Below are positions 28,545 to 37,576 of a stretch of 57,772 bases of DNA, in pieces. The stretch is from NCBI GenBank assembly GCA_017991415.1, contig JAGOQR010000001.1, positions 1-57,772 on the forward strand, given 5' to 3'. A program made the position numbers and the translations under genes. Numbering within the stretch: the stretch's first letter is position 1; each line of letters opens with the position of its first letter. This DNA is from Candidatus Magasanikiibacteriota bacterium. GTDB lineage: Bacteria > Patescibacteriota > Patescibacteriia > Magasanikbacterales > GWA2-37-8. The notes below the pieces were generated by a model, which saw nothing but the letters and a program-made list of their open reading frames with translations, was not told the origin of the DNA and did no database searches.

Positions 28545-30074
28545 TTATTGTAAACGAGGAAATAGTTGTTCTGGCTTAGCAATTTTGTTGCCTACTGTTA
28601 ATTGTACCCAATTTTGAAGTTCTGATAAAGGTTTTGCTAGTTCGGTAGATACAGTAAGGCCTAGTTGAACTAATAATTTTTCTGAAGTCTCTGGCATTAT
28701 TGGCCAAATCATTATGGCAATATGGCGCAGACTCTCTGCTAAGTGGTGCAACATATTTTTTACCTCTGTTTCTTTTCCATTTTTCATCATTGCCCACGGT
28801 TGCTTGTCCGAAATCATTTGGTCGCAATAAGAAATAAATTTCCAAATATTTTCTAAGGCACGATCAAAACGCCAAGCTTCCATTGCGCTGGCATAATCAC
28901 CGTATATATTTTTAGCAAAGGCTACTATTTCATTATTTATTTCTGTAGTTTCGGGAATAACGCTGTCACAATATTTTTCAATCATGACCGTAATGCGGTT
29001 GGTAAGGTTACCCAAACCATTGGCCAAGTCTGCCTGGTAACGTTCGTTAAATTTAACATAAGAAAAATCACCATCGTTATCGAATTGAATTTCGCGCATT
29101 AAGAAATATCGGACAGCCTCTAGAGGATATTTTTTTACGAGCTCTAGCGGATCAATAACATTGCCTACGCTCTTGCTCATCTTTTGACCGTCTACGGTTA
29201 TCCAACCATGCACGGCAATTTGTTTTGGCAGAGCTACTCCAGCCGACATAAGCATGGCTGGCCATAATAACGAATGAAAGCGATTAATTTCTTTGCCAAT
29301 TACATGGGCATCGGCAGGCCAAAATGTATCAAACAAGGTTTCGTTACTGGCACCCCAACCCAACGCGGTAATATAATTGGTAAGTGCATCAAACCAAACA
29401 TACATCACTTGCGCACCATCATCTGGAACTGGCACTCCCCACGGTAATTTTTCTTTAACACGAGAAATACTTACGTCTTCTAAGCCGTTTTTAAGAATAT
29501 TTTTCATTTCTTTAAAACGATGTTCTGGATACACAAAGTTTGGATTTTGTTCAAATAGCAACTCTATTGGTTTTTGGTATTTTGAAAGTTTAAAGAAATA
29601 ATTTTCTTCGGATAGAGTCTCTGGTACTTTGTTATGATCTGGACATTTACCATCTACCAAATCTGTTTCAAGTTTAAACGATTCGCAACCAACGCAATAG
29701 AGCCCTGTATAACTTTTTTTATAGATATCCCCCACTGCCAATGATTTTTTCCAAAACTCTTGCGCAGATTTCATGTGACGATCTTCGGTTGTACGGATAA
29801 AATCATTGTTGGAAATATTCCACTCATCGGCCAATCGCAAAAACTGTGCTGATTTTTCGGCAGCATATTCTTCAACAGATTTACCTACCTCTTTGGCAGT
29901 TTTTAACATTTTTTGCCCGTGCTCATCGGTGCCAGTTAAAAAATAAACATCTTTGCCAAGCAAGCGCTGGTAGCGAGCCATTACATCGGTATATAAAATT
30001 TCTAAGGCAAAACCAATATGCGGATCGGCATTGGCGTATGGAATGGCGGTGGTGAGGTAATATGTTTGTTTCAT
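28545..30074 (-). CDS. metG: methionyl-tRNA synthetase
   Basis: I moved the start to ATG 30074 (MKQTYYLTTAIPYANADPHIGFA, a HIGH-type motif). A KMSKS motif is present (QKMSKSVGN). Confidence 0.93.
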   Translation of the reverse strand: MKQTYYLTTAIPYANADPHIGFALEILYTDVMARYQRLLGKDVYFLTGTDEHGQKMLKTAKEVGKSVEEYAAEKSAQFLRLADEWNISNNDFIRTTEDRHMKSAQEFWKKSLAVGDIYKKSYTGLYCVGCESFKLETDLVDGKCPDHNKVPETLSEENYFFKLSKYQKPIELLFEQNPNFVYPEHRFKEMKNILKNGLEDVSISRVKEKLPWGVPVPDDGAQVMYVWFDALTNYITALGWGASNETLFDTFWPADAHVIGKEINRFHSLLWPAMLMSAGVALPKQIAVHGWITVDGQKMSKSVGNVIDPLELVKKYPLEAVRYFLMREIQFDNDGDFSYVKFNERYQADLANGLGNLTNRITVMIEKYCDSVIPETTEINNEIVAFAKNIYGDYASAMEAWRFDRALENIWKFISYCDQMISDKQPWAMMKNGKETEVKNMLHHLAESLRHIAIMIWPIMPETSEKLLVQLGLTVSTELAKPLSELQNWVQLTVGNKIAKPEQLFPRLQ

Positions 30075-30096
30075 AAAAATTTTATAAGTAATACAA

Positions 30097-30522
30097 TTAA
30101 TCTTCTTTAATTGACCTCCCAATCGAAATGAATAGCAGACCAAATACACTAGAGAAAATAGGAATTCCAAAACTTTTCCAGAAAGAATCAATCACAACTT
30201 CATTGCGATGTTCAGAGATAGAATATAGTATGTTCACCTTATCTCCAACTTTTAAAAAAGGATTGGTAAAAAGAGAGTTTTTAGCTACTTTAGTATAATC
30301 TTTATTATTTATAGTAAATTTAATTTTTGGATCTATAGAGCCACGGTAACGATTAATATGAGACACTGCAACAAAATCTACAACGACTCCTTGTGTACGA
30401 GTATACGTATTTTGTTGCCAGATAGTTACCATAAGACTAAAAACAGCTAAAAACATGCACATGCCTCCAAACACTAGCATACCTATTTTTTGTTGTCTTT
30501 TATCTACAGGTTTTTTTCCCAT
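30097..30522 (-). CDS. hypothetical membrane protein (TM, beta domain, TM; DUF3592-like layout)
   Basis: 141 aa with two terminal TM helices flanking a soluble segment. Confidence 0.45.
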   Translation of the reverse strand: MGKKPVDKRQQKIGMLVFGGMCMFLAVFSLMVTIWQQNTYTRTQGVVVDFVAVSHINRYRGSIDPKIKFTINNKDYTKVAKNSLFTNPFLKVGDKVNILYSISEHRNEVVIDSFWKSFGIPIFSSVFGLLFISIGRSIKED

Positions 30523-30525
30523 ATA

Positions 30526-30957
30526 TTATTTACTGCTAAGAACATTTTTTATAATATCTTTTAACTCAACAGAGTTTTTTAAAGGACTAAATGTGTAATT
30601 GTCTAAATCTTCCAAACTGACCCAATGAAATTCTTCATGCTCGGTACTTAATTTAACTTCTGCTTTGTCATTTTTAATAGCATATATTAAACGGCAAGTT
30701 GGTGTGTGGCGCCCTAACGTATAGCCAATCATGCTCCCTAGCGGACGTACGATTTCAAACTCATCAAAACCCAATTCTTCTTTTATTTCTCGACGGAACG
30801 CTTCTTCGGCAGTAGAGCTGTCTAGTTCCCCCACTTCAATTCTACCTCCAGGTAATTCCCAATAATCATGGCCAGGAGCACGAATAATAAGACACTTTCC
30901 GTCACGGATTAAAGCACCCCACTGGCTAATTGTAAATTTTTCATGCTCTTTATTCAT
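30526..30957 (-). CDS. Nudix hydrolase
   Basis: 143 aa with the Nudix box GGRIEVGELDSSTAEEAFRREIKEELG. Confidence 0.85.
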   Translation of the reverse strand: MNKEHEKFTISQWGALIRDGKCLIIRAPGHDYWELPGGRIEVGELDSSTAEEAFRREIKEELGFDEFEIVRPLGSMIGYTLGRHTPTCRLIYAIKNDKAEVKLSTEHEEFHWVSLEDLDNYTFSPLKNSVELKDIIKNVLSSK

Positions 30958-30960
30958 ACA

Positions 30961-31632
30961 TTAAATGCTTTTTATTACAACTACAAACTCCCCTCTTTCA
31001 TCTTGCATGTTCTCGGCAATTTCGGCAATAGTACCACGATAAATAGTCTCGAATTTTTTTGTAAGCTCTCGGCATACCACAAGCTGTCTTTTTGGATCAA
31101 GAACCTCTTTTAGTTCTTGTAGACATTTTTTTATTCTATGTCCCGATTCGTAGAAAACAACTACACTCTCATTTGCAGCCACTTCTTTAAAATATTTTTG
31201 CCGCTTATTCTTATGGGGCGGGAACCCCATAAATACAAATCTGTCTGTAGGAAAACCAGAGATAGAAAGCGCTGACACAATAGCCGAGGCGCCAGGAATG
31301 GGCACAATTTCTACTTGCTTGGAGCTCTGTACTATCTGATGTATCAAAATACCACCTGGATCGCTAATGCCTGGAGTGCCCGCATCGGTAACCAAGGCAA
31401 TATTTTTACCTTCTTCCAGCCAAGAGATTATCTCTTTTATTTTTTTTGCTTCGGTGTGCTGATGATAGCTTGAAAGGCTCTTTTGAATTTTAAAATGTTC
31501 CAATAAATTTTTGGTAACACGGGTATCTTCGCATAAAATAAGATCAACGCTTTGTAGCGTTTCCAGAGCTCGTAAGGTAATGTCTCCCAAGTTGCCAATG
31601 GGAGTAGCTAGAATATATAGTTTTCCACTCAT
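30961..31632 (-). CDS. rsmI: 16S rRNA 2'-O-ribose C1402 methyltransferase RsmI
   Basis: 223 aa of tetrapyrrole-methylase fold (LYILATPIGNLGDITLRALETL, CEDTR, DAGTPGISDPG). Confidence 0.88.
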   Translation of the reverse strand: MSGKLYILATPIGNLGDITLRALETLQSVDLILCEDTRVTKNLLEHFKIQKSLSSYHQHTEAKKIKEIISWLEEGKNIALVTDAGTPGISDPGGILIHQIVQSSKQVEIVPIPGASAIVSALSISGFPTDRFVFMGFPPHKNKRQKYFKEVAANESVVVFYESGHRIKKCLQELKEVLDPKRQLVVCRELTKKFETIYRGTIAEIAENMQDERGEFVVVIKSI

Positions 31633-31686
31633 AGTATGCCTGGTATCCTAATATTAATAAGGCTAAAAATCAAGGATTTGTAGTGT

Positions 31687-32103
31687 TTATTTTTTGACCC
31701 ATTGCTGTATAAGCCAGGCTTTTGAAAAGCTTATTGCGCCCAAAGTTCCCATACAAAGATCTTTCATCGTATCAAAATTGCTTGCCTGAGAATGGGTGTA
31801 GAGAAATTTATCAGATAAAAATTCATAAAATTCCCAAACTACCGCTACTGACATAACAAACATAATAATAAGAAGTGCCTCTACTAAGCGTGAAGTAGTT
31901 TTGATTTTATCAATGCGTTTGGCGAGATTTAAAATAAAAAATCCACTGATAGCCATACTCACTCCCCCTAAAAAATGAAACAGAACGTTCCACCACCACA
32001 CAGTGCTATATGGTTCGTAAAAATTATTAAGAGAATCCCCTATTAAAAAAACTACAAACGGTGCGCTGCAGATAGAAAAAAGGTCTTTAAAGGTAAAACG
32101 CAT
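31687..32103 (-). CDS. hypothetical membrane protein
   Basis: 138 aa with 4 TM helices. No motif assigned. Confidence 0.45.
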   Translation of the reverse strand: MRFTFKDLFSICSAPFVVFLIGDSLNNFYEPYSTVWWWNVLFHFLGGVSMAISGFFILNLAKRIDKIKTTSRLVEALLIIMFVMSVAVVWEFYEFLSDKFLYTHSQASNFDTMKDLCMGTLGAISFSKAWLIQQWVKK

Positions 32104-32105
32104 AT

Positions 32106-32423
32106 TTATAACAAATCGTTTATAGCCTTATTTAATTTTTCTTCTTTTTCTGTTTGAGTAATAGGCGTTTCGTTGGCACTCGCATGTATTTGTTCCATAG
32201 CAGTTTCTGCTTTTATACCCAACACCAGATTGTCATTTACCAAAATATTTGGGCCAAAATCACAACAACCTAAACAGCACGCATAGTCTAGATCGTATGT
32301 TTTGTTTTGTTCACCTGGCTCCAAACCAGTTTCTTTTTCAATTTTTTTCATGACATCTTCGGCGCCATTTTCTACGCACGAATAGTTTTGGCAGACTCGT
32401 ACGACAGTTCGTTTTTTTGCCAT
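32106..32423 (-). CDS. thioredoxin-like [2Fe-2S] ferredoxin (NuoE-like)
   Basis: 105 aa with the Cys pattern VCQNYSC ... CCLGCCDFGPN. It is adjacent to the cysteine desulfurase gene. Confidence 0.65.
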   Translation of the reverse strand: MAKKRTVVRVCQNYSCVENGAEDVMKKIEKETGLEPGEQNKTYDLDYACCLGCCDFGPNILVNDNLVLGIKAETAMEQIHASANETPITQTEKEEKLNKAINDLL

Positions 32424-32430
32424 AGTATAG

Positions 32431-33633
32431 TTATTTTATTTTTTCAGTTTGTCGTAACTGTTCGACAATTTTGGGCAAATATTTCATTGTGTAGTCTATC
32501 TGCTCTTTCGTATTTTCTTTTCCAAAAGAAAACCGCACACTACCCTGACTTTCTTGATAATTCATGCCCAAGGCTTTGAGCACATGTGAGGTTTCGAGTG
32601 TTTTGGACGAGCACGCAGACCCGGTTGAGCACATAATTCCGTATGCATCGAGGTATAATAGCAACGCTTCTCCTTCGATATCTGCAAAATTTATATTTAC
32701 ATTATTAACCAAACGATTGATGCCTATAGCAGGGCCGTTGAGGGTTACACCGGGCACTTGTTTCTGAACTTTACCCCAAAAATATTGGGCCAGATTCTCT
32801 ACCCGCTTTGATTCTTTTATTTTACTTTTTTGCGCTAATTCCATGGCTTTGGCGAGTCCAACAATACCAGGTATATTTTCTGTGCCCGATCGAAGATTTT
32901 TTTCTTGGCCACCACCAAGCAGAGTTGGCTCAAGCAAGACAGAGCTTCGTACATACAAAAAACCTGTACCTTTTGGACCATAGATTTTACTACCATTTAC
33001 ACTCATCAGATCTACATGTAATTTTTCAACGGAGATATCGAGAAAATTTACGGCCTGACAAGCATCCGTGTGAAGTAAGGGGTAGGCCGTATTATTATTT
33101 TTTCTATATTGCAATAATTTACGCCCGATTTCTGCAATTGGATTAATGGTGCCAATTTCATTATTGGCATACATCAGACTAATAAGCACCGTATCTGGAC
33201 GGATAGCTGCTATAACATCGTCTGTTTTAATAAGCCCTCGACTATCTGCTTGGATATAAGTAATATGCCAGCCTTGTTTTTTTAAATCTTCGAGTGGTTT
33301 TAAAACTGCATCATGTTCAAGAATGGTAGAAATAATATGTCGGCCTTGCTGCGCATGCGCCTTGGCAATTCCATAAATTGCTAAATTGTCGGACTCTGTG
33401 CCGCTTGAAGTAAAAATAATATTTTCTGGATGAGCGCCCAACGAATGGGCAATTACATTCCGCGCATTCCCAAGTGCTTTGTCTGCTTGCTGACCCTGAC
33501 TGTGTAGTGAGGACGGGTTTCCATAGACCGCATTAAAAAATGGCTTCATCGCCAAAAACACCTGGCTATCCAAAGGTGTAGCGGCCGCATGATCAAGGTA
33601 CACTTTTTTAATTTTTTTTGGTTTAGCTAACAT
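32431..33633 (-). CDS. cysteine desulfurase (NifS/IscS family, class V aminotransferase)
   Basis: 400 aa with a PLP-lysine region SVNGSKIYGPKGTG and a catalytic Cys loop STGSACSS. Confidence 0.88.
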   Translation of the reverse strand: MLAKPKKIKKVYLDHAAATPLDSQVFLAMKPFFNAVYGNPSSLHSQGQQADKALGNARNVIAHSLGAHPENIIFTSSGTESDNLAIYGIAKAHAQQGRHIISTILEHDAVLKPLEDLKKQGWHITYIQADSRGLIKTDDVIAAIRPDTVLISLMYANNEIGTINPIAEIGRKLLQYRKNNNTAYPLLHTDACQAVNFLDISVEKLHVDLMSVNGSKIYGPKGTGFLYVRSSVLLEPTLLGGGQEKNLRSGTENIPGIVGLAKAMELAQKSKIKESKRVENLAQYFWGKVQKQVPGVTLNGPAIGINRLVNNVNINFADIEGEALLLYLDAYGIMCSTGSACSSKTLETSHVLKALGMNYQESQGSVRFSFGKENTKEQIDYTMKYLPKIVEQLRQTEKIK

Positions 33634-33636
33634 AGC

Positions 33637-34032
33637 TTAATTTTGAGCCTGAATATTTGTATAATTATTCGCCTTTAATTTATCAAGAATTTTATCTTGG
33701 TCATTTCTGGTTAAACTAAAAATACAATAAGAATTATTTTGTTTATCATAAAAATACAGACCGCTGTTTCTATATCCCGACCCGCCTCCCCCAACTCGCG
33801 TGCAACGAATACTGCTAATATCGTTTTTTTGTAAATTCCATTTTGGAGTAGAGACTTGAACATCATCAACATGCACACTTGAATGAACTTCTTTGAAAGA
33901 TAGATACATGCATATAATGAGGGAGATTAAGGCAAACAATTTTACAATTTGAGGTACTGGTACAGCCATAACAACAATGCTTAAAGCAATTCCATACGCT
34001 GTTTTTTTACGTGGATTATAGATGTGCTGCAT
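33637..34032 (-). CDS. hypothetical membrane-anchored protein
   Basis: 131 aa with two N-terminal TM helices and a small soluble domain. Confidence 0.45.
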   Translation of the reverse strand: MQHIYNPRKKTAYGIALSIVVMAVPVPQIVKLFALISLIICMYLSFKEVHSSVHVDDVQVSTPKWNLQKNDISSIRCTRVGGGGSGYRNSGLYFYDKQNNSYCIFSLTRNDQDKILDKLKANNYTNIQAQN

Positions 34033-34036
34033 ATAT

Positions 34037-34618
34037 TTAAAACGGCAATGTTAAATTAATATTTTTCTTAGCGTTTGCATTTTCTTTACCTGGATTACCG
34101 AAATCAAAATTTACAGCAAATGGCAGTACTTCTCCTGTTAATGATTTGTAGAAAAGTTGTTTATTATTTTTACCAAATTCGTAGACTTCTTTGGTAACTT
34201 TTACATCTTGTTCGCAATATTTTTTAATTTCATCTATTTTTCCCTCTTTCCACCATTTCATAGCCTGCAAACCATCGGCACTCTTGGTAATATCGAGCGT
34301 TGCTTCGGCCACATCGTTTAATCTGAGTCTGCGACCAATAGAATCTTTAATAACTTTTAAAAGATCGAGACTTGGAAATGTCGTAAGATCTCCAGGATAA
34401 TAGCGGTTGAGAATTGGAATATCAAAATGCTCACTATTATAACCAATAAGCAAAGAACATTTTTCGAGGATTGGCCATAGCTTAGACAGCTCGCTTCGTT
34501 CAAATGAACTATAGGTATTATGCTCATATTCGTAAATTGAAACAACGGTAATTTCCATAGTACTCAAATCAGTAATATCACCAATAGTTTCTATATCGAA
34601 AATAATTTCGTTGGACAT
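34037..34618 (-). CDS. DEDD-family 3'-5' exonuclease (RNase H-like fold)
   Basis: 193 aa with Exo motifs FDIETIG, YNSEHFDIPIL and YCEQDVKVT. Confidence 0.7.
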   Translation of the reverse strand: MSNEIIFDIETIGDITDLSTMEITVVSIYEYEHNTYSSFERSELSKLWPILEKCSLLIGYNSEHFDIPILNRYYPGDLTTFPSLDLLKVIKDSIGRRLRLNDVAEATLDITKSADGLQAMKWWKEGKIDEIKKYCEQDVKVTKEVYEFGKNNKQLFYKSLTGEVLPFAVNFDFGNPGKENANAKKNINLTLPF

Positions 34619-34740
34619 ACAAGTAACGCAATAGATAGTTAGATTAACTAATAAAACACAGGCTTAAGTATATCTTTTTTAGCAGTTAAAATCAACTGGC
34701 CTTCTTAGTTTTTTGATATGTAAATGTATCTATCCTATTC

Positions 34741-34769
34741 TTGACTTATAGATAAAAAAAGATTATAAA
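34741..34769 (+). promoter_or_regulatory. sigma70-type promoter of the ribH-like gene
   Basis: TTGACT, a 17-nt spacer, then TATAAA, ending 29 nt upstream of ATG 34798. Confidence 0.55.
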
Positions 34770-34797
34770 ACAATTATAAAAATAAACCCTTATTCGT

Positions 34798-35202
34798 ATG
34801 TCAAAAAATATTACCGTAATCGCTGGCGAATTTCACAAAAAAGAAGTAACCGAGATGCTTGGCGAGGTACGCAAAGTGGCTGCCGAAAATAATTTGCATA
34901 TTACCGAAGAAATTTGGGTAAATGGAAGCTACGAAAAGCCACTGGCTCTTAAACGTGCCTTACAAAAAGAAAGCACCAACGCTGTTGTCTTACTTGGTAT
35001 TATCGAACGAGGCGAAACAAAACATGGCCTTATTATGGGCCACACCGTAATGCAATCTATTTTGAATCTAGAGTTAGAATTTATGAAGCCTGTTGGCATT
35101 GGTATTTTGGGTCCAGAGATTTTACCAAGCCAAATTCCTTCTCGACTACTACCTACCGCGCAAAAAGCGGTGCTGGCTGTAGCGAGAATGCTTGAAAAAT
35201 AA
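34798..35202 (+). CDS. ribH: 6,7-dimethyl-8-ribityllumazine synthase family protein
   Basis: 134 aa with a DMRL-synthase-like pattern (ITVIAGEFHKKE..., VVLLGIIERGETKHGLIMGHTV). Confidence 0.55.
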   Translation: MSKNITVIAGEFHKKEVTEMLGEVRKVAAENNLHITEEIWVNGSYEKPLALKRALQKESTNAVVLLGIIERGETKHGLIMGHTVMQSILNLELEFMKPVGIGILGPEILPSQIPSRLLPTAQKAVLAVARMLEK

Positions 35203-35216
35203 TCACCGCTTTAGTT

Positions 35217-35344
35217 GTCATTCTGAATGAAATGAAGAATCCCTGTCCAATTAAAACAATCGACAGAGATCCCTATGCTTTGCTCGGGATAACAATTGAC
35301 CAATGACCAGACGGACAGGGATCTTTCGCCTCGCTCAAGATGAC
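35217..35344. repeat. 128-bp imperfect palindromic intergenic element (MITE/REP-like) between the convergent ribH and tkt genes
   Basis: The left arm is GTCATTCTGAATGAAATGAAGAATCCCTGTCC (35217-35248). The right arm is GGACAGGGATCTTTCGCCTCGCTCAAGATGAC (35313-35344). These pair at about 22 of 32 positions, more with G-U pairs. An extra copy resembling the right arm lies at 35271-35303. Confidence 0.6.
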
Positions 35345-37572
35345 AGCGAGGCTTTCAAAATCTTCTCTTTAATATCTGTCGAAGACATTTCGGCTAATTC
35401 GTATACTTCTTCTACATTTCCAGATTTTAAATAGTGGGTTATGCCGATTGCTTTTTTGTCGTAATTGGCTGGAAGCATAAATGGATACAGGAAACCTGGC
35501 CAACCGTTATGCAGAGTGACTACCAAACTTCTTTCTTCGTCTGATAAAATACTTTGTGCTTTGGCTGGATTTGTTTTTCGTAAATCTTCAAATAACTCTG
35601 GAGATGTCACTGCGATAATTTTTATATCCATTCCTTGTGCTTCTAGTTCTGGCAAAATTTCTAATGTGTTTTTTAATATTTGCATACCGCTAATGGCGAG
35701 CACTAGTTTTTTTCCGTTGCCTGCAAATTCTTTATAGACATACGCGCCATTATTTGCTTCTTTTGCCTCTGGCACTTTGCTCCGATCTATTACAAGCTGC
35801 TCTGGTCTGTAGGTAGAGAGCACAATTGGTTCGCCTTTTTCTAGAGCGCCAAAAAGCATTTCTATTGTTTCGTTGGCATCGAGTGGTTTGTATACTTTTA
35901 TTCCTGGCAACGCATTGTAAAGAGACATCCAATACATTCCTTGATGTGTAGGGCCATCTTCACCAGTTTCTGGACCATCATGAGCGGCAAGACAGATAAA
36001 AAATCCTTTGGTATCTGGATTAAGCTGGTTACCAATAACTGATAATCGAATAGCATTTGCCATCATATTGGTGAACACTGCAAAAGTTCCAAAAATCGAA
36101 ACTGGTTTATAACCGCCAGGCAAAACATCTTGCGTCATAGCTGCGCCCATCATCGCCATATTTTGTTCGGCAATACCATATCGAATTCCACGACCATATG
36201 GGTTCTGCCGACTCATTATGCCATATACGTCTTCGGCGCTATTTGTATACACGGACTTTGCCAAATCCCCTGCTCCCGCATAGAAAAAGGCAGTTTGTTT
36301 CATATACCACGCAAGCCAAGCCTGCACCGCTTTGCGTGTAGAAATTTTTTCTCCTGCTTTAAATATTAATTCCGGTGGCAAAACTTTTGGACGTTTTATA
36401 GATAACGGCTGAACAAGCGGTCTACCGTCCAAAGCTTTTTTCATTTGGTTTACCTGAACATGTTCGGGTGCAATTTTCTTTACGCCAATTTCTAATCGTT
36501 CCAAAATATATTTTTCATCTTCTGGAGTAATTTGCACTAATATTTCGTTTATATCTTCCATAACACTCCCCTGTTCGCCTGGAATATTAAATCCTAATTT
36601 TTTCATTATTTCTACATAGTCATTATGCGGTACGGCTGCCCCATGCGAAGCGGCGGTATTTTCTAATTTTCCATAATCTTTGCCTTTTAAGGTATGGCAA
36701 ATAACTACCGTGGGCTGACCGTTTGAAAATCCTTCTGCGGCCAAACGATAGGCATACACCATTTCTAAAATATTATGACCGTTCGTTTCGATAACATTCC
36801 AGCCTAACCCAAGCCAGTGATTGATATATGGCGAAGAAACAACTTGTTCTATTTCGGCATCAATCCCAAAATGATTATAATCTAAACTTACAATCATATT
36901 TTTTAAGCCGTTGGTAGCAATAATATTCCGCGCTTCATAGGTCATACCCTCTTCGCTTTCGGCATCACCCATAAATACCCATGTTTTGGTATCAAGCCCA
37001 CACGAAGCGTGCACGAGTGCCATACCACCTGCCGCAGAAAATCCATGACCAGATGGACCAGTGGTAAAATCTGAGTATGGATACTGCGCTTCGGCATGAC
37101 CTTGCGGACCATCTGCATGGCGGAAACGAAGCAAATCTTCGGGCATTACTGCACGCACTACCGCTTCGGAAAACTGCCTGCCCGTGCGTTTTAGGATTTC
37201 GTAATACAAAGCTTGCCCAGCAAAAAGAAGTGGTGTGCAATGCCCTGCGCTCCACACAACTCTATCTCTGCCTGGATTTTTTGGATTCATTGGGTCAAAA
37301 GCCATGACACCACCGAGCGTCATTGCCAAAAATTGTTCTACCTTACCACTACTCCCCGGATGCCCAGATTGACCAGCTTCCACAGCTGCAAAAATAAGAC
37401 CGCGTAAAACCTTGGCTAATTTTTCTAGCCTGGCAGGATCGATACCATCTATATCTGCCAAGTCTAATTCTCGGATATCCATGTACTCTGCCGATTGTTT
37501 GGCAATAATATGACCGTCACGCTTCTTTTTAAACTTAAGGAGATCTTTTTGGCTTAGAAGATTGTATGGCAT
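35335..37572 (-). CDS. tkt: transketolase
   Basis: 745 aa with ThDP motifs SGHPGSS and GDAESEEG and the GEDGPTHQ motif. There is an N-terminal extension of about 55 aa. The last few codons and the stop (...SLSS*) lie inside the palindromic element. Confidence 0.85.
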   Translation of the reverse strand: MPYNLLSQKDLLKFKKKRDGHIIAKQSAEYMDIRELDLADIDGIDPARLEKLAKVLRGLIFAAVEAGQSGHPGSSGKVEQFLAMTLGGVMAFDPMNPKNPGRDRVVWSAGHCTPLLFAGQALYYEILKRTGRQFSEAVVRAVMPEDLLRFRHADGPQGHAEAQYPYSDFTTGPSGHGFSAAGGMALVHASCGLDTKTWVFMGDAESEEGMTYEARNIIATNGLKNMIVSLDYNHFGIDAEIEQVVSSPYINHWLGLGWNVIETNGHNILEMVYAYRLAAEGFSNGQPTVVICHTLKGKDYGKLENTAASHGAAVPHNDYVEIMKKLGFNIPGEQGSVMEDINEILVQITPEDEKYILERLEIGVKKIAPEHVQVNQMKKALDGRPLVQPLSIKRPKVLPPELIFKAGEKISTRKAVQAWLAWYMKQTAFFYAGAGDLAKSVYTNSAEDVYGIMSRQNPYGRGIRYGIAEQNMAMMGAAMTQDVLPGGYKPVSIFGTFAVFTNMMANAIRLSVIGNQLNPDTKGFFICLAAHDGPETGEDGPTHQGMYWMSLYNALPGIKVYKPLDANETIEMLFGALEKGEPIVLSTYRPEQLVIDRSKVPEAKEANNGAYVYKEFAGNGKKLVLAISGMQILKNTLEILPELEAQGMDIKIIAVTSPELFEDLRKTNPAKAQSILSDEERSLVVTLHNGWPGFLYPFMLPANYDKKAIGITHYLKSGNVEEVYELAEMSSTDIKEKILKASLSS

Positions 37573-37576
37573 AAAC

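Noticed and set aside
30075-30191. A 39-aa N-terminal extension of metG.
   Set aside because: The conserved MetRS N-terminus (…YYLTTAIPYANADPHIGFA) begins right after the internal ATG at 30074. The extension also overlaps the stop region of the upstream gene.
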